Part shown: positions 10,647 to 18,100 of the stretch, piece by piece
How the letters are laid out: each line of letters opens with the position of its first letter
Position numbering within the stretch: the stretch's first letter is position 1
Assembly: GCA_021163225.1 (NCBI GenBank)
Contig: JAGGXE010000001.1
Location: 1-50,993, forward strand
From: Candidatus Micrarchaeota archaeon
GTDB lineage: Archaea; Micrarchaeota; Micrarchaeia; Anstonellales; JAGGXE01
Length of the DNA stretch: 50,993 bases
Reading direction: 5' to 3'
Made by a program: the position numbers and the translations under genes
Notes under the pieces: model-generated
The model's database searches: none
The model's input: the letters and a program-made list of their open reading frames with translations, nothing else
Told to the model about the DNA's origin: nothing

Positions 10647-10832
10647 TCAATCTCTCTTATATGCCTTTCTTTTCTGTGTGTCTGTCCAGCAATCTTTACA
10701 TATCACTCTTCGTCCGTCTTTAGTTTTTCTGCTCGATTTTACGCATGAGTGACAGATCAATCTACCGCAGTAATCGCATCTTTCCACTTTGTAAACCTGT
10801 TCTCCGCACCGTTCACAGGTCAGTATACCCAT
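10647..10832 (-). CDS. Small zinc-finger protein (four CxxC pairs)
   Basis: CERC, CDYC, CHSC and CKDC within 61 aa. AGGTGA SD just upstream of the ATG at 10832. Confidence 0.75.
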   Translation of the reverse strand: MGILTCERCGEQVYKVERCDYCGRLICHSCVKSSRKTKDGRRVICKDCWTDTQKRKAYKRD

Positions 10833-10996
10833 GGCTATCACCTGACAAAGTTTTTAATGAGTGTTAAAATTTTGATACGCAAACATATTAATAAATGTTT
10901 TGGATTCCCTTTGAGATTTTTGAGAATGCGGCGGATACGGCATTTCGGGTTTATTACAAGAAAATTTTTATTTGTTTGCTGACCTTTTTGAATGCG

Positions 10997-11671
10997 ATGA
11001 TAGAGGAGATATTTCCCAATGTGTTCAAGGTCAAAGGTAAACTCGCAACAAAAAATCTTATTACAGACCATCCGGTTTACGGAGAACGCATCGTTAAACT
11101 CAACGGTTGCGAATATAGGTTGTGGAATCCGTATCGTAGCAAACTGGCTGCAGCCATACTCTCAGGTCTTACTCATATGGTAATAGAACCGGGTGCTACC
11201 GTGCTTTATCTCGGTGCTGCTACCGGGACAACATGTTCTCACGTGTCCGATATCGTAGGCAGGGAGGGTACTGTTTATTGCGTTGAGTTCTCACCAGAAT
11301 CCATGCAGAAACTCGTTGAAGTGTGCAGGTGGAGAGATAATATGGTGCCGATATTCGCAGATGCGCGAAACCCGGACGAATATTTTGAGTACGTCGACCC
11401 TGAAGAGTTGGTGAATGTAGACGTCATCTATGAAGATGTTGCCCAACCTGATCAGATAGATATCCTTGTGCGTAACTCTGAAAGGTTTCTAAAAAGAAAC
11501 GGATACGTGATGTTGGCGGTCAAATCACAGAGCATAGACGTGTCCAAACCTGTGAAAGTTGTTTTTGAAGAGGTGATCAACGAGTTTTCAAAGAACTTCC
11601 AACTTATAGAACAGATAGATATACACAGGTTTGAAAAGGATCATATCTTTTTGGTCGGTCAGAAACTCTAG
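10997..11671 (+). CDS. flpA: Fibrillarin-like rRNA/tRNA 2'-O-methyltransferase
   Basis: EYRLWNPYRSKLAAAI, VLYLGAATGTTCSHVSD and DVAQPDQ motifs. Start moved to the ATG at 10997. Confidence 0.96.
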   Translation: MIEEIFPNVFKVKGKLATKNLITDHPVYGERIVKLNGCEYRLWNPYRSKLAAAILSGLTHMVIEPGATVLYLGAATGTTCSHVSDIVGREGTVYCVEFSPESMQKLVEVCRWRDNMVPIFADARNPDEYFEYVDPEELVNVDVIYEDVAQPDQIDILVRNSERFLKRNGYVMLAVKSQSIDVSKPVKVVFEEVINEFSKNFQLIEQIDIHRFEKDHIFLVGQKL

Positions 11672-11715
11672 AGAGTGTAGAAAGTTTTTTAAATCCTTCA
11701 TATCATGAAATATAC

Positions 11716-11831
11716 GTCAGCGGCCATAGGCGCAGGGAAACACCCGTACCCATCCCGAACACGGAAGTTAAGCCTGCGCACGGGGTTGCTTGTACTGCGG
11801 TCCCTCCGCGGGAAGGCGCCCTGCTGCTGAC
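11716..11831 (+). rRNA. rrf: 5S ribosomal RNA (unlinked)
   Basis: The terminal stem GTCAGCGGC pairs with GCTGCTGAC. Conserved GGCCATAG and CACCCGTACCCATCCCGAACACGGAAGTTAAG blocks. TATA-like TTTTTAAA about 25 nt upstream and T-runs downstream. Confidence 0.96.
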
Positions 11832-11917
11832 ACCTTTACCGCTTTTTAATCCGACTTTTTTTTGTGCTGCTCGTTTTACGATTGATTTTAAATAGTTTTC
11901 TATCTTTAACCATTACC

Positions 11918-12619
11918 ATGAACTCTACTAAATCCTCTAAAAAAAGAGATGTTCTTTTGAAGAAGATAAAGACCAGGGTTACGCAATCTTTGAGAAGAGA
12001 AGATAACATAATCATCGAAGAGGTGTCTACGGTCGAAACTATCGATAAAGTGTTAAACCTTTTGTACGAACGTCTAGAAGATTGGACTAAAATCTATTAT
12101 CCCGAGATACGGTACAAAAGTATGGAACAACTGGTTAACAAAGTTTCCAAAGAAACAGATAAACCGCTACCTGTTAAGTCTATACTTGACCTTGTATCTT
12201 CTCTGTACGAACATCGTAAACAACTCGTCGAAGACATCAGAAAACGCACCCGTAAACTGTGTCCCAACATGTCTTATCTTATCGGTGAGGAACTTACTGC
12301 AAAACTTCTGAGCGCTGCCGGTAGCCTTGAGCGTTTGGCAGATGCCCCTGCAAGTACTGTCCAGGTTTTGGGTGCTGAGAAGGCTTTTTTCAAGCACCTG
12401 CGGAAGGGCACGAAACCGCCTAAGCACGGATTATTGTTTCAGTATCCTGCAGTTAACCGGGCACCTAAACGTCTTAGAGGCAAGATTGCGCGTGCTATCG
12501 CGACGAAGTTAGCTATTGCTGCAAAGGCGGATGCCTTAACCAAAAACTTCATAGCCGACAAACTCAAGGAGAAGATGGATAGACAGATTGACCGTATCCT
12601 TAAGAACGTGAGAAGATGA
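11918..12619 (+). CDS. nop5: Nop5/Nop56 box C/D sRNP core protein, N-terminally short
   Basis: ERLEDW...YPEI, PNMSYLIG, PASTVQVLGAEKAFF, PPKHGLLFQYP and RGKIARAIA motifs. Confidence 0.93.
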   Translation: MNSTKSSKKRDVLLKKIKTRVTQSLRREDNIIIEEVSTVETIDKVLNLLYERLEDWTKIYYPEIRYKSMEQLVNKVSKETDKPLPVKSILDLVSSLYEHRKQLVEDIRKRTRKLCPNMSYLIGEELTAKLLSAAGSLERLADAPASTVQVLGAEKAFFKHLRKGTKPPKHGLLFQYPAVNRAPKRLRGKIARAIATKLAIAAKADALTKNFIADKLKEKMDRQIDRILKNVRR

Positions 12620-13278
12620 AATTCGTAGCGTTCGGAGATGTCCACGGTGAAGAACTGTTTTTGAACCTTTTACAAAACTATCTTTCAACCAATACTGTCG
12701 ACGCTGTTTTTCTACTGGGGGACCTGGTAAACGGCGGCGGTTTATCGTTTGTCCGGGAATTGATAGATCTTCTTGTAGAAAGAACCTCTGTTTTCGGAAT
12801 AGTCGGAAACGTTGACCCGAAACCTGTTAGAGACATACTTAAGGATAGAGGTATATCGGTAGATAAACGGTTGGCGGAGTACAGAGGGTTGAGAATAACC
12901 GGTTTAGACGGGACATTGAAGACGCCTTATACTATGTTCAATGAACTTACCGAGTCCGAAATATACGAAACGTTGAAAAATATAGGGATAGATGAGAGGA
13001 CGATAATACTGACACACGGTCCGCCTTACGGTCTCTTTGACCTTACCTATTCGGGCAAGCATGTTGGCAGTAAATCTTTGCTGAAGATTATCAAAGAATA
13101 CCATCCTTTGTTAAGTCTGTCCGGTCACGTGCACGAACAGTACGGTTGGAAGACCGTCAACGGTACGACCGTTGTCAATGTGATTCCGGGTAATGCCTTT
13201 AACATTACTGAGATAGTCATATCCGACAACAACGGAAGATATCATGTCCAAGATGTGAAATTTGTTTCTCTAAAGTGA
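12616..13278 (+). CDS. Calcineurin-like metallophosphoesterase
   Basis: GDVHG, GDL, GNVD, THGPP and GHVHE motifs. ATGA overlap with nop5. Confidence 0.92.
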   Translation: MKFVAFGDVHGEELFLNLLQNYLSTNTVDAVFLLGDLVNGGGLSFVRELIDLLVERTSVFGIVGNVDPKPVRDILKDRGISVDKRLAEYRGLRITGLDGTLKTPYTMFNELTESEIYETLKNIGIDERTIILTHGPPYGLFDLTYSGKHVGSKSLLKIIKEYHPLLSLSGHVHEQYGWKTVNGTTVVNVIPGNAFNITEIVISDNNGRYHVQDVKFVSLK

Positions 13279-13357
13279 CCTTCTTTACTCACCTTTTGCG
13301 CAGACCCGGTAGAAACAGAAGTATTTAAATACATTTTTATGGATTACTTCAGTTGGT

Positions 13358-13469
13358 GGGGGAGTAGGCTAACCTGGCAGGCTGCCAGCTTTGGGAGCTG
13401 GTGATCCGAGATCCGGCAACCTACGTGTCCACGGTTTGTCGGACGGGAATTCAAATCTCGGCTCCCCCA
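13358..13469 (+). tRNA. tRNA-Pro(TGG) with a 39-nt intron at non-canonical position 53/54 (13411..13449)
   Basis: Acceptor stem GGGGGAG/CTCCCCC and anticodon arm CCAGC-TT TGG GA-GCTGG. The T-arm CCGAG|TTCAAAT-CTCGG is restored after removing an intron bounded by a strict BHB motif. Confidence 0.95.
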
Positions 13470-13471
13470 TC

Positions 13472-13909
13472 TCACATGAATTCTGTGAGAGGCGGATTTC
13501 TCTTCAGGTGTTCGTGTGCCTTCTCAAGGACCTGTTTTGAACTATCAAACGTCAACTGTTTCAACGCCTTTTCGTAGGTGAGCCATGCGTATCCGATATG
13601 TTCAAACGAAAGCTTTACCTCTTTGGTTTTAGTTTGACCTAAGAAGAAGACCACTTCCTTGTACACTGTTTTACCTTCCTTTCTGAAGAAATAGTGGATC
13701 TTTTCTCGGAATTCCAGATCAAAAACAACGTCTGTGATACCTGTTTCTTCCCAGATCTCTCTTCTCAGTGCCTCCATGTCCGACTCGCCCTTCTCCGGAT
13801 GACCTTTTGGAAAGTCCCAATGTCCGGCACCGTAATGTAAGAGCAGGTAATAAGGTTGTGACGCTTCCAACCGGTAGATAACCGCTCCCACAGACCTCTC
13901 TTTGACCAT
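13472..13909 (-). CDS. NUDIX hydrolase (Ap4A hydrolase-like)
   Basis: Nudix box GHPEKGESDMEALRREIWEETGI preceded by HWDFPKG, plus LSFEH. Confidence 0.93.
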   Translation of the reverse strand: MVKERSVGAVIYRLEASQPYYLLLHYGAGHWDFPKGHPEKGESDMEALRREIWEETGITDVVFDLEFREKIHYFFRKEGKTVYKEVVFFLGQTKTKEVKLSFEHIGYAWLTYEKALKQLTFDSSKQVLEKAHEHLKRNPPLTEFM

Positions 13910-13915
13910 GATGAA

Positions 13916-14890
13916 TCACTTCTTCATACCTATCAACCGTAATTGGGCAAGTAACGCCTCCAACTGTATCCTTTCGTTGGCGCCTTCGACCAATCTGAAA
14001 TCGTATTCACCTATCTTATCAACGAGTTCGACCTTTGTCTTTTCTGGTAGATTCACGTTCTCTATCTCTCTGTACATCTGTAGAAGTATATCTTCTCCGC
14101 TCATAGAGTAATCCCTCATGAGTTTGTTCAAGTACTCCTTTGCTTTGGTAAAGCTTCCGTTAACGGCCTCTTCCAGGAGGTTCCGTACCTCTGTGGGATG
14201 CGCTCTGCTGCTGAGTTTGAATATTGCTTCTGCGGTGATGTGAGAAGATAACATTGCCGCTCCTTGCAAAGCATTAATCGCCTTTCTCATATCCCCTTCG
14301 GAGATGTATATAATGGCTTCCAATGCCTTTTTGTCCACCTTTAATTTTTCGCTTTTTATTATTCTGTTAAGCATCTTTTTGATATCGTCTTCGCTCAGGT
14401 ACGAAAACCTGAAGACGGCACATCTGCTCTGTATAGGTTGTATTATCTTTGACGAGTAGTTGCATGAGAGTATAAACCGCGTTATGTTCGAATACAACTC
14501 CATCGTACGCCTTAATGCATGCTGCGCGTCAGCGGTTAATGAATCGGCTTCGTCCAGGAACACTATTTTGAACGGCACTTCTGACAATGCAACAGTCCTT
14601 GCAAAATCCTTAATCTTTCCTCTCACAATATCTATCCCTCTCTCATCGCTTGCATTCAATTCAAGGAGACTGCTCTTAAAATCCTCGCCGAAGAGTTCCC
14701 TTGCGAGTGCCAATGTAGCGGTTGTCTTTCCAACGCCGGGCGGACCTGCAAACAGTAGGTGCGGCATGTTCTTCTTCTTAACGAACGCCTTAAGACTGGC
14801 TACAATCTCATCTTGCCCTATAATTTCATCCAGCGTCTTCGGTCTGTACTTTTCGACCCATGGAAGAAGCAAATCTTCATTACTGCCCAT
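13916..14890 (-). CDS. rfcS: Replication factor C small subunit (no intein)
   Basis: PWVEKYRP, GPPGVGKT, LELNASDERGID, DEAD and SRC motifs. Start placed after an AGGTGA SD. Confidence 0.97.
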   Translation of the reverse strand: MGSNEDLLLPWVEKYRPKTLDEIIGQDEIVASLKAFVKKKNMPHLLFAGPPGVGKTTATLALARELFGEDFKSSLLELNASDERGIDIVRGKIKDFARTVALSEVPFKIVFLDEADSLTADAQHALRRTMELYSNITRFILSCNYSSKIIQPIQSRCAVFRFSYLSEDDIKKMLNRIIKSEKLKVDKKALEAIIYISEGDMRKAINALQGAAMLSSHITAEAIFKLSSRAHPTEVRNLLEEAVNGSFTKAKEYLNKLMRDYSMSGEDILLQMYREIENVNLPEKTKVELVDKIGEYDFRLVEGANERIQLEALLAQLRLIGMKK

Positions 14891-15079
14891 AATCATCACC
14901 TTCGAACGAAAGAGACAATTAATCCTTTGCGCATAATCTTTATAAAGATATTCAACCGTTTGACAGGACACGACAAACTACGGATAATAAACGTAATCGT
15001 AACAGATGTATTTTAAAAGTATGATACTTAAATAGTGAATTGTTCATCTTGTTCCCGGATGCGGAAGGGGGTTGCACTT

Positions 15080-16927
15080 ATGGGAGGAGATTCGACAACA
15101 CGGGCGGTTAATCTTACCAGGTTTCTCATATCCGTTCCCAGCAGTAAAAAGACCCTTCTTATGCTGTTTCTCATCAGCACGGTCCTTGGCATATTCATAG
15201 CGTTCATTCATTCTCAGAGATCCCTGTTCTCCTGCCTGTTGTTAGGGAGCGCCACCGGGATATTCTTGTTAGGGATACCGGCAATGTTGTCATCAGTAAC
15301 CTGTTACGCGATCAACAGGAATTTCAAGTTCAGGAGGATACTATTCCTCTCATTTGTTACAATGCTGATATACGGTCTGGGCTATATCGTTTATTTTACG
15401 TTGATGGAACTATCATTTCCGTATGCAGACCTTGTTGTGTACCTCCTTTACGGAACAGTGTTTGCATTGTGGTTTATCTCATTGTTAAGTGTTTTCGGTA
15501 GGTCGTATACCGCCTTAGTATTCTCTCTTATCCAGATGACTTACTTCAGTCTCTTTTTGATAGGGAACAATTACATCGACCTTATGGGCACCTCTTCAGA
15601 CATTCTTTTTACACAGGTCTTCAAACTTTACCTTGCATCTTGTATATTCTTTGTAAGCAGTTACCTGTTCTTACAGTTCATCAACGCCCCCATGAAACAG
15701 ATGTTCGGAATAAAAAGCACCGAAGCGTTCAACCTGTTTATGGAGCATTGGATGGGCGAATCCGACAGACTGGAAGAACTGTTTGATAGGATAGGTGAAT
15801 CTGTAAAAACATGGGTAGGTGCGGTACGGTTCTTCAGAAGTTCCGGAGAACCGATAAATATCGTTGTTCCTTATATCCATTTCGGACCGTTCGGATCTCT
15901 GGGCGGTAGCAGGTATTCTGCGGAACTGGCAGAACTGCTTACAAAAGAAGGTTTTGGCCGAACTGTCGTGTTGCACAGCACAACCACGCACGATTTCAAC
16001 CCTGTATCGCGGGATGAATTAAAAGTTATTACTGAAACAACAAAATCTCTGTTATCCAAGATGGAACCTGATAGTGAGGGACTGTCCGTCGAAGTTGTTA
16101 AGTCCGGTAGTGCGACGCTCCATGTGATCGATGACGGTAGGAGTGCAATATTCGGTATAACACGTGCACCCGACACAACGGAAGATGCGGATTTCGGGTT
16201 TGGCGAATCGTTGATGAATCTCATGGAACGGTTCAGAGATCAAGCCATAGTGTTTGATGAACATAATTGCGATACGGGTAAAGTCCTTTCCTACACCGTC
16301 GGTCATCGGTACTATTGGGATTGTAGGTCGGCTCTTGAAAGATACGCTTCTTTAATAGAGGAGAACCGGGTGATCAAAACCAGGTTTAAGGTGGGGTTCG
16401 GGCATACGAATGTGAAGGGGCATAACATAGGTAGTGCAGGTATCAAAACGCTGGTTTTCGAACTTATGGACGGCGCAGGTCGGAAGAAAGGAGCGAAACG
16501 CAGTAAACGAAAACTTAAAAAGGTCGCTTTTATAGTCATCGATGCAAACGGGATCACTCCCGGTTTCAGAAGGACCGTGATAGAAAGAGTGAAGGAGAGG
16601 TTCGGGTTCGATTTAGTCGAACTGATCTCTACAGATACCCATGAAGTCAATGCTGTCCGGGGTGTGGTTAACCCGATAACAGAATCCCAATTAGACATTT
16701 TATACCCTGCTATCGAAACGTCTTTGAACGATGCTTTGCGCGACATGCTTCCGGCCAGTGTAGGTATGGACAAGGCGAGGGTAGATGTCAAGGTCTTGGG
16801 AACCAAACACGCCATAGAAATCGTGTCAACTGTAAATGCCATAGTAGCAGTGGCCAAGGTAGCGTTACCTTTTATACTCCTGTGGACAGTTATGTTGATA
16901 TTCTGGGCGTTTTCGTCATTCAGATGA
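15080..16927 (+). CDS. DUF2070-family membrane protein
   Basis: About six N-terminal TM helices, then PYIHFGPFGSLGGS, HSTTTHDFNP, DEHNC, DANGI, STDTHEVN and a C-terminal TM helix. Confidence 0.85.
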   Translation: MGGDSTTRAVNLTRFLISVPSSKKTLLMLFLISTVLGIFIAFIHSQRSLFSCLLLGSATGIFLLGIPAMLSSVTCYAINRNFKFRRILFLSFVTMLIYGLGYIVYFTLMELSFPYADLVVYLLYGTVFALWFISLLSVFGRSYTALVFSLIQMTYFSLFLIGNNYIDLMGTSSDILFTQVFKLYLASCIFFVSSYLFLQFINAPMKQMFGIKSTEAFNLFMEHWMGESDRLEELFDRIGESVKTWVGAVRFFRSSGEPINIVVPYIHFGPFGSLGGSRYSAELAELLTKEGFGRTVVLHSTTTHDFNPVSRDELKVITETTKSLLSKMEPDSEGLSVEVVKSGSATLHVIDDGRSAIFGITRAPDTTEDADFGFGESLMNLMERFRDQAIVFDEHNCDTGKVLSYTVGHRYYWDCRSALERYASLIEENRVIKTRFKVGFGHTNVKGHNIGSAGIKTLVFELMDGAGRKKGAKRSKRKLKKVAFIVIDANGITPGFRRTVIERVKERFGFDLVELISTDTHEVNAVRGVVNPITESQLDILYPAIETSLNDALRDMLPASVGMDKARVDVKVLGTKHAIEIVSTVNAIVAVAKVALPFILLWTVMLIFWAFSSFR

Positions 16928-16942
16928 TCGGGTGACTGGAAA

Positions 16943-18088
16943 ATGCGTATAGCATTCTTTACAGATACGTACCATCCGAACGTTGATGGCGTGGTTATGA
17001 TGATGGACGCGCTCCGCGCGTCCATCGAACGGTTGGGCCACGAAGTGTTCATCTTTGCCCCGGGTACCGGTGAAGATATCAGAAAGAATACCGATGACCA
17101 TGTTTATTATTTCAAAGGGGTCAAGTTCCCGCCGTATCCTTCGTACAAATTGGCTCTCTGGCCGTTTTCCTCTTTGGCTATGGTCAAACAGTTAAATATA
17201 GATGTCATCCATTCTCACGGAGTTGCTACAACCAGTTTGGCTGCCTTGTTAGCAGGGAAGTTGTACGATATTCCCACAGTAGCCACCTATCATACAAAGG
17301 TTACTGATGCTGTACATTACGTTACCGGAGATCCGTGCATAGAACAGTTCCTCCGTAGAGCGATATGGGCATATCTTGAACGCATGTATTCACAGTACGA
17401 CCTTGTTACATGTCCCAGCAAATACATCCAGAGATTACTCAAAGCACACGGGATCGAATCGGTCGTGATACCGAACGGGATAGACATCTCACGTTTCAGA
17501 CCTACTACTGTCGACAAGAGAATATTCGGTTTGGATGATGAGAGTAAGGTCATTCTTCATGTCGGTCGCATTGTTAAAGAGAAGAATCTCGACATCATTA
17601 TCAGATCTTTACCTCTCATTCCCTCCGAATACTCTCTGGTAATCATAGGTCACGGACCGGCCGAATCTTATTATCGAAAACTGACTGAGAAATACCGTGT
17701 GAGTGACAGGGTTAAGTTTTTGGGATTCGTCCCGAACAACGAACTCCCTGCATACTATTCATCGGCCGATGTCTTCGTGTTTGCATCGAGGTTCGATACA
17801 CAAGGTTTGGTAGCTCTGGAGGCATTGGCTTGCGGTACACCTATCGCCGGGTTGAAAGGTATAGCGATAGAGGAGATAGTTCGACCAGGGCTTACCGGTT
17901 ACCTATTCGATGAGGACCCCCTTTCCGTTCGTAAAGCGATCGTATCTGCTGCGGAGTTGAAACGTCGTCACACCAGTGAACAAATCCGTTACACCGCGCT
18001 TGCTTACTCCAGAGAACGCATGACTGAAAGTTTTCTTTACATATACCGACAACTCATTGAGAAGAAAAAGAGATCCACAAAACGATAA
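16943..18088 (+). CDS. Glycosyltransferase family 4 (GT-B)
   Basis: MRIAFFTDTYHPNVDGV, IPNGID, VGRIVKEKN and DTQGLVALEALACGTP motifs. Confidence 0.94.
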   Translation: MRIAFFTDTYHPNVDGVVMMMDALRASIERLGHEVFIFAPGTGEDIRKNTDDHVYYFKGVKFPPYPSYKLALWPFSSLAMVKQLNIDVIHSHGVATTSLAALLAGKLYDIPTVATYHTKVTDAVHYVTGDPCIEQFLRRAIWAYLERMYSQYDLVTCPSKYIQRLLKAHGIESVVIPNGIDISRFRPTTVDKRIFGLDDESKVILHVGRIVKEKNLDIIIRSLPLIPSEYSLVIIGHGPAESYYRKLTEKYRVSDRVKFLGFVPNNELPAYYSSADVFVFASRFDTQGLVALEALACGTPIAGLKGIAIEEIVRPGLTGYLFDEDPLSVRKAIVSAAELKRRHTSEQIRYTALAYSRERMTESFLYIYRQLIEKKKRSTKR

Positions 18089-18100
18089 CGATAGGTCGCA

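Noticed and set aside
16312..17052. 246-aa antisense ORF, and the many other 60-210 aa antisense or shadow ORFs (e.g. 7829..8467, 4412..4987, 6200..6733)
   Set aside because: They lie opposite or inside well-supported genes and show no motifs. They are expected shadows of codon bias.
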